Positions 25,840-41,226 of a stretch of DNA of 64,000 nt are shown piece after piece (positions within the stretch are counted from its first letter, which is position 1; every line of letters begins with the position of its first letter). Made by a program: the position numbers and the translations under genes. Source of the stretch: Eledone cirrhosa (lineage: Eukaryota); assembly GCA_964016885.1 (NCBI GenBank), contig OZ024742.1, positions 43,028,001 to 43,092,000 on the forward strand. The letters are read 5' to 3'. The notes below the pieces were generated by a model. That model searched no databases. It saw only the letters and a list, made by a program, of their open reading frames with translations, and was not told the DNA's origin.

Positions 25840-27504
25840 GACTGGTTCAATGACCTGAATAATAAAAACAAACTAAAATTTATTCAACTAGACATTGCTA
25901 GCTCTTCTATTTCTCCTTCACTCCTTAACAAGGTTCTCATATGCCTTAAAATACTCGGACATCACTACTGATGAATTAAAAATCATTCTCACCGTAAGGA
26001 AAACCATGTTGGAATTTAACAATGAATATTGGACAAGAGCGGATACTTCCAACAATTTCGACATCACCATGGCTTCGTCGGATTCAGCTCAATTGACCGA
26101 CTTGGTTGGAATTTTTATCTTGAACTCTTTAAAACGGAAAATTCCTCAACTTCGCGGTGGAATTTATCGTGATGATGCTCTTTTTACTGTCTCTAATTGC
26201 AACAAAGTAAACTTTAATATTATTAAGAATAATATACTTGAACTATTTAAGCATCTTAACTTAAAAATAGAATTCGAGAATAATGATAAATTAGCAAATT
26301 TCCTTGATATATCCCTTAATCTAGATACTGGCCTATATTACCCATATCATAAGGATAATGAGAACCTAAATTATGTTAACTTTAAATCTAATCACCCTAA
26401 TAATGTTAAAACTGCTATAGTCAGAAGTGTAGAAAAAAGAATTTCTAATTTATCCTCTAATAAACATATCTTCGAAACTAATGCCAACTATTATAATAAT
26501 GCGTTATCTAGGGCTGGATATCCAGACAAAATTAGATACACTAAGGAAACTAATCTTGGCAGAACTAATAGTAATGTAGCTAGTAATAATCATACCATTA
26601 ACAAAAGGAGGAGACCTAGATATAAAAATATCCTTTGGTACAACGCTCCCTTCTCTCTTTCAGTTATTAATAATATCCCTAAATTATTTGTAGGGCTTTA
26701 GATAACAGCTTCCCTCCTTCACATATATATAGTAAGATTTTCAATAAGCATACTATTAAATTCTCATATTCCACTACTTCCAACATTTCTAAAATTATCT
26801 CAAGACATAATTCTAAAATAGTAAATAATAACTCATATGCATCCAACCATGAGAGTCATAATAATAATATTGTAAGGCCCGACGTCAATGTAAACTCTAG
26901 GCAAATTAACACAAGTATAAATACGACGTCAAATGTAACTTTGAGGAATGCTTCAAATAGTAATGTAAATCTAGAAACTTTAGCAGCTCCTTTAGCTAAT
27001 TACACCACTCCAGTTCCTAATATAATTAATCCTGGACCACTTGCAAATAACTCTGTTAATAATCTTAATCGTAAATGCAACTGCCCTATTAGAACTAATT
27101 GTCCTCTTAGTAATTTCTGTCTCGATAAAAACCTAGTATACGAATGTAAAGTGCTAAATAGTACCAATACCTATACCTACATTGGCTCTACTTCTACCTC
27201 TTTTAAAGCAAGACTCTATAATCCTTCTTCTATATTTAAATATCCACTTAAAAGGACCAACACCGCACTCTCAGAACTTATTTGGTCCTTAAAAGACAAA
27301 AACATTAATTACGAAATTTCTTGGCGTAAAACCTGCAACGCTTCTCCATACTCCAATGCTTCCATATCTAGTGTTTGTAATTTATGTCTACCTGAAAAAT
27401 TTACCATTATCTCGAATTTCAACTCTATAATAAATAGACGTACAGATTTATTTGGTCTTTGTAATCATAAATCCTTCAAGACCTTTCACAAAGTATATAG
27501 CTAA
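25840..27504 (+). pseudogene. Naiad-type PLE RT + GIY-YIG (5'-truncated, frameshifted)
   Basis: FIQLDIA, FDITMAS.DSA, GIYRDD, NFLDI, YV...SNHP, WYNAPFS, CNC.....CPL...CL, YIGST, CNLC; frameshifts near 25900 and 26700. Confidence 0.9.
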
Positions 27505-27856
27505 TGTCCTATAACATATTCCACGAATAACGGTTAATTTCTTACACATATATTTTTTTTACACATATATTTTTTTCACACATATACCAGTATATATAAT
27601 ATAATATATACACCTATAACAAATACAAGCATATATACGTACGAGAAAGTATACGTACCTTCACAAAACATACAGGTAAGGTATACTTACCAATACAAAT
27701 AAGTAATAATGGTATAAACATAAAATATATTTAGCTACCACATCAAGACGTAAATTATCCGCGTATTGTTCGTACTATCCGTTAGGGTATAAAGTGGGGT
27801 TGTAATACAGGAAAGTTTTATGCAATTTGTGTTTACAAGTCGAAAACTTTAATCTG

Positions 27857-27897
<41 letters not shown>

Positions 27898-27901
<4 letters not shown>

Positions 27902-28343
27902 AGCAGAAGTACCCGGCGTTGCTCGGGTATTAAATAGCAGTTGTGTATACCATGTATGTCAATACTTCAGTGCTGCTTTGAAAACTATACTTTTACAAAA
28001 TCATCAGCTTTTTCTAAAAGGGGGTTCCTTCTCCCCAGGGGTCCCCTACTCAATATGTGTCAATTCTGAGAGTTCACATTCACCTGTAGGACAAACGTAG
28101 CCCATGTGTCAAGTTTTGTGAAAATCGGTTGCAAACTCCAGAAGTTATGACGTTTTGTTGCATTACACTGCAGTGCTTCAGTCGACTCCAAGGAAGTGGT
28201 TGAAGGGGGTTGTCTGCCGGGAGGCCCTATAATCAATATCTGGAAAAATGAAAGTGCCCATGACCATCCGGAGTACATAAGTAACCTATGTCTTAAGTTT
28301 GGTGAAAATACTGTAGAAATGCATAAGGTTTATGCATACGCGT

Positions 28344-28404
<61 letters not shown>

Positions 28405-28995
28405 TGTGGGTGTGTGTGTGTGTGTGTGTGTGTGTGGTGTATGTATTTGTGTGTGCGTATGTATGTGTATATCCGTCGGGGCATACGTATGTACTGGCCT
28501 AAATCTTCACTATTTACTTTTACTATTTTAATAACCTCTGTCATTTTAGTTTTCAATTTTATTTACATCATTCTTAAACTCCAGGGCTGGAAATCATTCT
28601 GTTATTTTAAATAGAATATTAGTCTAACGACTCCATTTATACCATAAACTTGGTCTTGTTTTGCATGAAATTGTTCTTCTTGGTCCACATAACGACGTAT
28701 TATCCTCGCTTTTTTTTCGTTCATTAACGTCTTCACGAACCAAAATATCGTCTTCCTGTTTTCGTTCGGTTGCAACGTTTCTCGAAATATTTACTTCTGT
28801 GTTCACAGATTATTAAATTTTTTAGTTTCAGAAGATCCCGTTAATGTTGAAAGCAGCGATATTTTGCTTAAATTTTAATCCGTTCTTATAACATATATAT
28901 CTACCTGGAGTTGCGACCGATAGATAGTATTAGCAATTGGAAAGACCAACGGAAGCATTGTTTCCTCGGTCCGATTTGACGAAAGTCGATCGTTC

Positions 28996-29000
<5 letters not shown>
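27898..29000 (+). mobile_element. Helentron/HINE-like element
   Basis: Starts TACCAGCAGAAGTACCCGGCGTTGCTCGGG (hairpin); contains AAGTTTGGTGAAAAT and (TG)n; lies within (TA)n. Confidence 0.5.
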
Positions 29001-29075
<75 letters not shown>

Positions 29076-29301
29076 ATATTAACAAATGGAAACTATATAT
29101 ATATATATATATATATAATTATTAGGGTAAACATGCGGTAGCTAATGGTCAACTTCCTTCGGACATGCGCCTGCGCAGACCGGTGGGGGTGAATTGGTAC
29201 CTACAGGGGAGCGGATGAAAAACCCAAAAGCACGCACTTCATCCGTTCCCATGTCGATTCAATTTGGATTGCCTCGGAAACATAACCTTATTATGTAACA
29301 A

Positions 29302-29375
29302 GCTGTCTGATGATGTCACGACACTCGCACACAGAACAGTGTGGCCAGTGTCGTCAGTGAAATATATATCACAGC
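29302..29375 (+). ncRNA. Type I hammerhead
   Basis: GCTGT CTGATGA TGTC ACGACACT..CACAC..GTGTG..AGTGTCGT CAGT GAAA TATATA TC ACAGC. Confidence 0.8.
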
Positions 29376-29445
29376 ATTATTATTAAAGGACTTGAACATC
29401 TGAAACTACTTCGCTTTTCCTTATTCTCTCTCTCTATATATATAT

Positions 29446-29545
<100 letters not shown>

Positions 29546-29837
29546 TTTGTACAGCTTTTGGAGGAAGGAGTGACCAGCAGTACGTTGTTCGGTATTATTA
29601 CGAAAAGGTGTAGCAGAGAATCCCGCGTGAACTAATAGCTCGGGAGGAAACTGCTTACCTCGAAGATTCATTCGCCATCGTTGTTGTCAATGCTCCGTTT
29701 ACTTGGTATTTGTTGGTCTACAGTTAGATGAATGGCGCACAAAGGGTTAATGTTTATTGGCAAGACGTTTTTTGAATAATAAAAGACGGGTTAAAGCGAC
29801 CTACAATGTATCTGCGTGTATATATATATATACACAG

Positions 29838-30019
<182 letters not shown>

Positions 30020-30102
30020 GTATGTGTATATATACATATATTTTTATGTGTATATTTATATATGTGTATATGCGTATATCTATATATGTGTATATGTGTT
30101 TG

Positions 30103-30137
<35 letters not shown>

Positions 30138-30144
<7 letters not shown>

Positions 30145-30879
30145 ATGTTGAAAAGGTAACACACTAGAGAGAGATTCAGTGCGCTATCAATAAAACAGGG
30201 AAAAACGACCGGTGTATGGAATCTATAACCTATAAAAGGCAGAGTAGACACACGATAATTAAAAATATTAACTAAAGTGTAAATACATATCTCTATAACT
30301 ATATAACACACGTACAAATCCAAAGAGATCTGTTTCGTCAGTAAGTTGTTGACAGAAATGAAATAACCCAGGGTTCATCAGCTGTGTAAGGCTATACATT
30401 TCAGACAACACTAAGAGGATTTAAAGCGGCCGTCCAGCTACACGTGGGAGAGAGAAGTCACAGCGTGTTTAAGGGCAGTGAACCAGTGGCCTCTGAGGGA
30501 CGAGCTGCTAGAAAGGGCAGCCCAAAACCACTCAGAGGGGTGTGCTCAACCAAACAGAGAGAGAAGAAAGACTGTTATAAGGGGCGAAATATCACGATAA
30601 ATTAACGGAGCCATAGACTCTCGCTATTCCCTGTCAATAATGTGCTCAAAGGAGAAGAAATCCTGAGCTCTTTAAAATACAATATGTTGAAAAGGTAACA
30701 CACTAGAGAGACATAGAGTGCGGTGGTTTTTCCCTGTTTTATTGATAGCGCACTGTATCTCTCTCTAGTGTGTTACCTTTTCAACATATTGTATTTTAAA
30801 GAGCTCAGGATTTTTTCTCCTTTGAGCACATTATTGACAGGGAATAGCGAGAGTCTATGGCTCCGTTAATTTATCGTTG

Positions 30880-30880
<1 letters not shown>
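30138..30880. mobile_element. pLTR-like partial tandem plus inverted repeat
   Basis: 30138-30183 repeats at 30677-30722; 30724-30878 is inverted relative to 30590-30720 and 30140-30205. Confidence 0.6.
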
Positions 30881-30940
<60 letters not shown>

Positions 30941-31039
30941 ATATACATATGTGTATGTATATGTATATATGTGTATATATAAGTATATATGTATAAATAT
31001 GTATGTGCGCGCGCGCGCGCGCGTGTGTGTGAATGTACC

Positions 31040-31442
<403 letters not shown>

Positions 31443-31647
31443 TATGTATACGTACATACATATATGTATACAGACGTACAGTAGTATGTATATATATATA
31501 CATACATGCACACATATATATATATGTACGTATGGATTCACCGAACATTTATTATAATGCTCGGTGTGTTTGTAAACAAACATCCCGAATTAAGCCGTAC
31601 AGTGTCTATCAACCATCGTTGCTCATTTGTTCAACACTGACAAAAGA

Positions 31648-31690
31648 ACGCTGTACTAGTTTCAAGCTTATTAGCTATCGTCAGCAACGT
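31648..31690 (-). ncRNA. Minimal type I hammerhead
   Basis: ACGTTG CTGACGA TAGCT AATA AGCTT GAAAC TA GTA CAGCGT. Confidence 0.8.
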
Positions 31691-32401
31691 ATACCTTCCT
31701 GCCAGATGATTGAACGTCTGAAAGTATATACTTTCCTGATGCATATTAACGGCTGAGCAGCCTAATTTGCATATCGAGTGAGTTAATCGGCCGGGGTACC
31801 GAAAACGATAAACGGAAAAAATGAAACGAAGTTTCATTTCTCACTCTTAGTACGGCTGTTACTTAAATATAAATAATTAACTCACTCGATATGCAAATTA
31901 GGCTGCTCAGCCGTTAATATGCATAAGGAAAGTATATACTTTCAGACGTTCAATCATCTGGCAGGAAGGTATACGTTGCTGGCGATAGCTAATAAGCTTG
32001 AAACTAGTACAGCATTCCTTTGTCAGTGTTGAACAAATGAGCAACGATGGTTGCTAGACACTGTACGGCTTAATTCGGGATGTTTGTTTACAAACACACC
32101 GAGCATTATAATAAATGTTCGGTGAATCCATACGTACATATATATATGTGTGCATGTATGTATATATATATACATACTACTGTACGTCTGTATATATATA
32201 TGTATGTACGTATACATACTTATATTTAAGTAACAGTCGTACTACGAGTGAGAAATGAAATTTCGTTTCATTTTTTCCGTTTATCGTTTTCGGTACCCCG
32301 GCCGATTAACTCACTCGATATGCAAATTAGGCTGCTCAGCCGTTAATATGCATAAGGAAAGTATATACTTTCAGACGTTCAATCATCTGGCAGGAAGGTA
32401 T

Positions 32402-32444
32402 ACGTTGCTGACGATAGCTAATAAGCTTGAAACTAGTACAGCGT
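32402..32444 (+). ncRNA. Minimal type I hammerhead
   Basis: Same motif; stem III palindrome ACTAGT. Confidence 0.8.
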
Positions 32445-32725
32445 TCTTTTGTCAGTGTTGAACAAATGAGCAACGATGGTTGATAGACACTGTACGGCTT
32501 AATTCGGGATGTTTGTTTACAAACACACCGAGCATTATAATAAATGTTCGGTGAATCCATACGTACATATATATATGTGTGCATGTATGTATATATACAT
32601 ACTACTGTACGTCTGTATACATATATGTATGTACGTATACATACTTATATTTAAGTAACAGCCGTACTAAGAGTGAGAAATGAAATTTCGTTTCATTTTT
32701 TTCTGTTTATATATATATATATAAT

Positions 32726-32759
<34 letters not shown>

Positions 32760-33235
32760 TAAGTAGAAGTGGTATTTAATTTGTTGGAAGTCCGACAAAC
32801 ATAAATGTTTATAACTGATTTAGAGCACTCAACAGTTTACTGGAGTAAATATTCAATGATATTAAATAAATGGAAACTATATTTATAAAACCATATTTAT
32901 TTAATTATATATATTTCAAGGGTAACCAAGATAACATTGGTACGCTTTCATCAGATAAAATACAAAGTTTGTTTTATAAATAGAGACATACCCATGGAAA
33001 TCATACTCTATCGGTTGGAAAATTCACTGAATAGGTTTACTTCACTTGAGTCTTAAACTATCCAGTGAATTTCCAACCGATAAGGTATGATTTTCATGGG
33101 TATGTCTCTATTTATAAAACAAACTTTGTATATTATCTGATGAAAGCGTACCAATGTTATCTTGGTTACCCTTGAAATATATATAATAAAATAAATATGG
33201 TTTTATAAATATAGTTTCCATTTATTTAATATCTT
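32760..33235. mobile_element. Inverted family A pLTR pair with HHRs at 32898-32962(-) and 33129-33193(+)
   Basis: CTGATGA..GAAATATATATA ATAAAATA on each arm. Confidence 0.8.
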
Positions 33236-33307
<72 letters not shown>

Positions 33308-33363
33308 TATGTATACGTACATATATGTATACAGACGCACAGTAGTATGTATATACATACATA

Positions 33364-33971
33364 TGTAACGAAATCTGTCCACGCCTTGAACCTTGGGTGA
33401 CACCTAAATGTCAAATTCTAGGTCACCACCCTTTTGGTGTGAACAGGTTCATGCGTGGGCTATCCCCTCAAGGTGGGAGACAGGAAGCGATAGGTATATA
33501 AAGCCTGTATCGTCCCACTTTAGACAGAGAGATCGGTGCCCTACGATACACAACAAGCTCTGTAAAGATTCACCGCTAGCTTCAGGCTCCAAGGGTCTAC
33601 AGAAATACAGAGCGATCGGAGCCATACTACTTCAGACCCGCTATGTGAAAGATTCACCGCTATGTACAAGCCACAGTGGTCTACAATCAATTACAGACCA
33701 TTACTCTCTCTCACTCACTATGGTCTCAGACTCACGACGAGAACTACTATGACGACTGCAACAAACTTTAACCACCAACAAATTTTATCTGCTCACTCGC
33801 TGTAATCACGTCAACAACAAAATAACATTGTCAACCTTCTCAACTCTTGGTAACTGTTTTATTGTACTTTTCGATTGAAATGAAGTAAACCATATATAAA
33901 CTAAATCTGTTATTTCATCTAACAATCATGTTAATCCATTTACCTATTTCTTACTTATACCTTTCGTTAAA
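33364..33971 (+). mobile_element. Solo LTR inserted into an HHR repeat unit
   Basis: TGTAACGAAA...TTTCGTTAAA termini, TSD CATA, TATATAAA box at ~33494; partial copy at 52387-52485. Confidence 0.7.
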
Positions 33972-34680
33972 CATATATGCACATATATATATATATGTAC
34001 GTATGGGTTTACCGAACATTTATTATAATGCTCGGTTTGTTTGTAAACAAACAGCCCGAATTATTAGCCGTACAGTGTTCAGCAACCATTGTTGCCATTT
34101 TGTTCAACACTGACATAGGAACGGTGAACTAGTTCCTAGCTTATTAGCTGTCATCAGCACCGTATACCTTCCTGTCAGTTGATTGAACGTTTGAATGTAT
34201 ATACTTTCCTTATGCATATTAACGGCTGAGCAGCCTAATTTGCATATCGAGTGAGTTAGTCGGCCGGGCGTACCGAAAACGATAAATGGGAAAAAGGAAA
34301 TTTCATTTCTCACTCTTAGTACGGCTGATACCTAAATATAAGTATGTATACGTACATACATATATGTATACAGACGTACAGTAGCATGTATATACATATA
34401 TACATGCACACATATATATATGTACGTATGGGTTTACCAAACATTTATTGTAATGCTCGGTTTGTTTGTAAACAAACAGCCCGAATTTTTAGCCGTACAG
34501 TGTTCGGCAACCATCGTTGCTCTTTTGTTCAACACTGACAAAGGAACGATGAACTAGTTTCTAGCTTATTAGCTGTCATCAGCACCGTATAGTTCATCGT
34601 TCCTTTGTGAGTGTTGAACAAAATGGCAACGATGGTTGGCGAACACTGTACAGGTAATAATTCGGGCTGTTTGTTGACCT
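33972..34680 (-). mobile_element. Second subfamily of ~425-bp HHR tandem units
   Basis: HHRs at 34121-34163 (GAAA mutated to GGAA) and 34546-34588: ACGGTG CTGATGA CAGCT AATA AGCTA GAAAC TA GTT CATCGT. Confidence 0.75.
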
Positions 34681-34685
34681 CATTT

Positions 34686-34722
<37 letters not shown>

Positions 34723-34758
34723 GCGGATCCTCACCTCGTAATGGAGATGGTTATACGT

Positions 34759-34808
34759 CCATTACGAGCTGAGGATCCGCTAAGGTGAAACAATTGTTCT
34801 TGGTATGG
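34759..34808 (+). ncRNA. Minimal type I hammerhead
   Basis: CCATTACGAG CTGAGGA TCC GCTAA GGT GAAAC AATT GTT CTTGGTATGG; preceded by an inverted partial copy at 34721-34745. Confidence 0.65.
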
Positions 34809-34896
34809 TGAAATAACTGTTGTGTAACCACTTCTACCTAACTCGTCCCATGGACTGAGTGCTCTACCACTACGGATATTACCTTCCAGTGTTCTA

Positions 34897-34957
<61 letters not shown>

Positions 34958-34960
<3 letters not shown>

Positions 34961-35697
34961 AATATGATAATAATGGAGCTGCGGCGCTGCAAATGGGTTA
35001 CATATGAAAAAGTTTGTCCTCATCAGTGGCCTTCCAACCGTCGTAGGCATTTCGTCGCATTAAAGGCCATATACCTCAGGTTGGTGCGAGCAGCGGCTAA
35101 AAAAAGTCGTTGGGACACGTAAATAAGGGGGACGCTAGGGTAAACAAACAAAATGGTTTAAGCAACAGAAAGTGATGAAGAAGAAACAAGTCCCAGATTT
35201 CTATGAATATAAATTCGGTGGAATCGTGAACGAGAGAATAAAGACCATCAAACCTGGTTGAAATGTGAGCAAGGAAGGAATTTCGCACAGGTCTAACGGG
35301 AGGAAGAAGGGGTCTGGTCTGCGAATTCGGTAAACATAAGTTCTGTGAAGTCGCAGACGAAAGAGAGAGAGAGAAAAAAATTCATACCGGCTTGGCCAAG
35401 TACGCGCGAGAAAAGGATTACGGACATGTCAAACGGGAAGAAAGGGGAGGGGGAGAGGTAATGACAGAGAGTGAGTGAGTGAAAGGTGAGGAAGAGGCTA
35501 ACAGAGAGAGAGAGACTGCTAGAAAGGGTAAAGACACAAAGAACGAAACAGACTGGTGGCAGCGGAGGAAAAAATATATGTGTAAATATGATAATAATGG
35601 AGCTGCGGCGCTGCAATGGGTTACATATGAAAAAGTTTGTCCTCATCAGTGGCCTTCCAACCGTCGTAGGCATTTCGTCGCATTACAGGCCATATAC

Positions 35698-35700
<3 letters not shown>
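34958..35700 (-). mobile_element. Subfamily 2 of the permuted-HHR repeat (623-bp period)
   Basis: Homologous to 3820-4691; direct repeats 34958-35077 and 35582-35700. Confidence 0.7.
35019..35084 (-). ncRNA. Candidate non-circularly permuted hammerhead (subfamily 2)
   Basis: CCAACC TG AGGTAT A|TGGCCTTT AATGCGA C GAA ATGCCT ACGAC GGTTG GAAGGCCA CTGATGA G; a further copy at 35642-35700. Confidence 0.65.
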
Positions 35701-35750
<50 letters not shown>

Positions 35751-36006
35751 ATCAATATTTATCTACCGTTATAATTGTGTATACTATTATTACTGTTATA
35801 GTTGTTGTTCTCCCTACTGTTAACGTTGTTATTTATTATTTCTGTTATGGTTGTTATGTCTATTCTTATCGTTATTGTTACTGCTATTTCTATTATTATT
35901 ATTTCTATATCTCCTGCTGTCCCTGTTGTTATTGTTATGACTATTATCATTGTAGCCGTTATTTCTGTAGTTATTGTTTATGTTACCACTTTCGTTGTTA
36001 TTATAT

Positions 36007-36417
36007 TTGGATTGGCAGTATCGGTAGAGGGTCGGACGCCATGCTTTGCAGCATAGAGTTACGCCCTTTTATGAACTGAGTTCAAATCACGCCGAGGTTA
36101 ACTTTGACTTTCATCCTTACAGGGTCGATAAAATAAAGTACCAGTAATACACTGAGATAATTGCTGGCCTTGTGCTAAATGTAGAAACAATTATTATTAC
36201 CGTTCGTATTGTTATTATTTATTATTATTTATTATTATTTAAGGGCGGTGGATTGGCAGTATCGGTAGAGGGTCGGACGCCTTGCTTTCCAGCATAGTTA
36301 CGTCCCTTTACGATCTGAGTTCAAATCCCGCCGAGGTTGACTTTGCCTTTCATCCTTACGGGGTCGATAAAATAAAGTACCAGTAATACCTTGTGCCTAA
36401 AGTAGAAACAATTATTT
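36007..36417 (+). mobile_element. Two tRNA-derived SINEs (36007-36196 and 36243-36417)
   Basis: A/B boxes, Nin-like core and GTAGAAACAATTATT tail. Confidence 0.85.
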
Positions 36418-36638
36418 ATGGTAGTTGTAGAATATGTTGTTCTTGTTCGTTGATTATAGTGTTACCATAGATGTTTAGTGTATGGTCTTTGGTAAACTCT
36501 GTAGGTAATATTACATCTGCCATATGAATATGATCAATTTTATCGGGATATTTTGTAAGTTTTCTTGTATCTTTTCCTGTAAGTCTTCTTGTTCTCTTTT
36601 CCAGAGAACTCTTAGAAGAGAACTTCATAGCCCTCGTC

Positions 36639-37200
36639 ATGTACTCTCGTTACGTAGACGATATCAATATAATAATAAGAACACCCCCACAAGAGATTAC
36701 CAATAAACCTGAACTAGAAAATAACACAATGGAGAGCATCCAGCAGCTAGCTAACTCTATGCACCAGAGCATAACAGTAACTTTTGACTACCCTTCCAAA
36801 CACCCTATCAATAGACTGCCAGTATTAGACACTGAACTCTGGTTAAACACTTTAAACGATCGGGCCAAAATTCTCCACTCACATTATGCTAAACCCATGG
36901 CCTCCAAATATCTTATACTAAAAAACTCAGCAATGTCTAATAGTGCCAAGTTTAATATTCTAATCGCAGACTTGGTAAGAGTGATGAAGATGTGTCCCGC
37001 ATGTGCGACCCAACTGAAATGGAAAGACACATCCAATACTTCATCAATCGCATGCAGTTTTCTGGTTACAACCAAAGAGACAGAATCAGAGTGCACAAAG
37101 GAGCCATGGAAACATATAAGACCCTCATAGAAATGGACATGAAAGGAATTTGCCCATTGTACAGGAGCAAATCATGGAATAGCATAGATAGGACTAAACA
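36639..37200 (+). pseudogene. PLE RT palm/thumb fragment (non-Naiad clade)
   Basis: RYVDDI, DYPSKH..RLPVLD..LW, Y.KPMAS..SAMS; frameshift into RMQFSGY. Confidence 0.85.
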
Positions 37201-37202
37201 TA

Positions 37203-37977
<775 letters not shown>

Positions 37978-37980
37978 TAA

Positions 37981-38116
37981 TGGTGACCCCCATCACTACA
38001 TAATGGTGACCCCAACGTGATCGACACAAGCACCACATAATGGTGCGTCCGACGTGATCGACACAAGCACCACATAAGGGTGCGTCCGACGTGATCAACA
38101 CAAACAAAACATAATG
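37981..38116 (+). promoter_or_regulatory. Four tandem tRNA-Trp-type primer-binding sites
   Basis: TGGTGACCCC, TGGTGACCCCAACGTGATCG, TGGTGCGTCCGACGTGATCG, GGGTGCGTCCGACGTGATC, each preceded by ACATAA. Confidence 0.65.
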
Positions 38117-38702
38117 CTCACTTCGCGCTAAGGGTAAACTTCACTTCAACTGTCGATGCTCATGAATCACATTCTTCAAGTTATTTACCAAACTTCGATT
38201 CTACAGAAGATTTACTGCGACTTCGCTTCAATGCTTCAATTTATAACGGAATACTCCTATATTTTACCGGCGGAGATTCGAAACCGAATCTGAGCTTTCC
38301 TGCCCCTGGGACAATCTATCGTTGGAAGTTCTCGCCTTTGTCCTGTCAACGATGATAAATGTACATTCCGTTTTTATCTAAACACTTATTTTGTAAAAGA
38401 CAGTTTGATTTAATTCTACAGTTACATTTTGCGGAGTTGTTGTTCGGAACGGTACTATTATGTTGGATATTGCTAGAGATATTACTGCTATTTTGGTTAT
38501 TTTAGTTTGGGTTTAAATTTCTATTATTAATTCTATTTATATTTTGTGCTATGTTCATAGTAGTAGAGTAGAATAGTTTTATAGTATGTCTGTTAAAGAT
38601 TGAGTGGTATCTGTGGACTTTAGGAAAACATTTATCTAGTGCTTTTAAGAATAGCTTTGTTAAAGGTGTTTTTACGCTTAATGAGAATGGGGGTGATTAC
38701 CA

Positions 38703-38805
<103 letters not shown>

Positions 38806-38970
38806 ATATATATATATATATATAAGGAAAAAAGATGAAATCGAAAATGCAACTGGGGTCTTTTAAAAAATATTTATTTGGTTCCTTTACCTGTTTCGCA
38901 GTTCTTGTGTTTTTCAAAAGTAGAATTGAGATAGAGGGTTTGTGGTTTTTCTCGCATCTGCGATATTTTC

Positions 38971-39081
38971 GTTTTCTGATGAGTTGATCAGAGGTAAATA
39001 ATGTAATGGAGATCGAATGACGCAACTTCAAGCGATTAGCAACCTCTAGATTCACCTGATCAATGAAACAATTGTCAATAC
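38971..39081 (+). ncRNA. Hammerhead (duplicate of 25664-25774)
   Basis: Identical motif. Confidence 0.75.
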
Positions 39082-39146
39082 CTGAAATAAAGCCCCTTGT
39101 TGTACAGTCAACCATGTTACTCTTCACTCTTTCACTATATATATAT

Positions 39147-40811
39147 GACTGGTTCAATGACCTGAATAATAAAAACAAACTAAAATTTATTCAACTAGAC
39201 ATTGCTAGCTCTTCTATTTCTCCTTCACTCCTTAACAAGGTTCTCATATGCCTTAAAATACTCGGACATCACTACTGATGAATTAAAAATCATTCTCACC
39301 GTAAGGAAAACCATGTTGGAATTTAACAATGAATATTGGACAAGAGCGGATACTTCCAACAATTTCGACATCACCATGGCTTCGTCGGATTCAGCTCAAT
39401 TGACCGACTTGGTTGGAATTTTTATCTTGAACTCTTTAAAACGGAAAATTCCTCAACTTCGCGGTGGAATTTATCGTGATGATGCTCTTTTTACTGTCTC
39501 TAATTGCAACAAAGTAAACTTTAATATTATTAAGAATAATATACTTGAACTATTTAAGCATCTTAACTTAAAAATAGAATTCGAGAATAATGATAAATTA
39601 GCAAATTTCCTTGATATATCCCTTAATCTAGATACTGGCCTATATTACCCATATCATAAGGATAATGAGAACCTAAATTATGTTAACTTTAAATCTAATC
39701 ACCCTAATAATGTTAAAACTGCTATAGTCAGAAGTGTAGAAAAAAGAATTTCTAATTTATCCTCTAATAAACATATCTTCGAAACTAATGCCAACTATTA
39801 TAATAATGCGTTATCTAGGGCTGGATATCCAGACAAAATTAGATACACTAAGGAAACTAATCTTGGCAGAACTAATAGTAATGTAGCTAGTAATAATCAT
39901 ACCATTAACAAAAGGAGGAGACCTAGATATAAAAATATCCTTTGGTACAACGCTCCCTTCTCTCTTTCAGTTATTAATAATATCCCTAAATTATTTGTAG
40001 GGCTTTAGATAACAGCTTCCCTCCTTCACATATATATAGTAAGATTTTCAATAAGCATACTATTAAATTCTCATATTCCACTACTTCCAACATTTCTAAA
40101 ATTATCTCAAGACATAATTCTAAAATAGTAAATAATAACTCATATGCATCCAACCATGAGAGTCATAATAATAATATTGTAAGGCCCGACGTCAATGTAA
40201 ACTCTAGGCAAATTAACACAAGTATAAATACGACGTCAAATGTAACTTTGAGGAATGCTTCAAATAGTAATGTAAATCTAGAAACTTTAGCAGCTCCTTT
40301 AGCTAATTACACCACTCCAGTTCCTAATATAATTAATCCTGGACCACTTGCAAATAACTCTGTTAATAATCTTAATCGTAAATGCAACTGCCCTATTAGA
40401 ACTAATTGTCCTCTTAGTAATTTCTGTCTCGATAAAAACCTAGTATACGAATGTAAAGTGCTAAATAGTACCAATACCTATACCTACATTGGCTCTACTT
40501 CTACCTCTTTTAAAGCAAGACTCTATAATCCTTCTTCTATATTTAAATATCCACTTAAAAGGACCAACACCGCACTCTCAGAACTTATTTGGTCCTTAAA
40601 AGACAAAAACATTAATTACGAAATTTCTTGGCGTAAAACCTGCAACGCTTCTCCATACTCCAATGCTTCCATATCTAGTGTTTGTAATTTATGTCTACCT
40701 GAAAAATTTACCATTATCTCGAATTTCAACTCTATAATAAATAGACGTACAGATTTATTTGGTCTTTGTAATCATAAATCCTTCAAGACCTTTCACAAAG
40801 TATATAGCTAA
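39147..40811 (+). pseudogene. Naiad-type PLE RT + GIY-YIG (duplicate)
   Basis: ORFs identical to those in 25840-27504. Confidence 0.9.
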
Positions 40812-41163
40812 TGTCCTATAACATATTCCACGAATAACGGTTAATTTCTTACACATATATTTTTTTTACACATATATTTTTTTCACACATATACCAGTAT
40901 ATATAATATAATATATACACCTATAACAAATACAAGCATATATACGTACGAGAAAGTATACGTACCTTCACAAAACATACAGGTAAGGTATACTTACCAA
41001 TACAAATAAGTAATAATGGTATAAACATAAAATATATTTAGCTACCACATCAAGACGTAAATTATCCGCGTATTGTTCGTACTATCCGTTAGGGTATAAA
41101 GTGGGGTTGTAATACAGGAAAGTTTTATGCAATTTGTGTTTACAAGTCGAAAACTTTAATCTG

Positions 41164-41226
<63 letters not shown>

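Noticed and set aside
28624-28806. Short minus-strand ORF inside the Helentron-like element (possible captured exon)
   Set aside because: No recognisable motif or convincing splice context
30325-30410. Minus-strand CTGATGA, CTGTC and GAAACAG pieces in a pLTR-like repeat
   Set aside because: A stem III-like pairing exists but no consistent stem I could be built in any topology
36243-36330. tRNA gene
   Set aside because: The A/B boxes belong to a SINE head with body, tail and multiple dispersed copies
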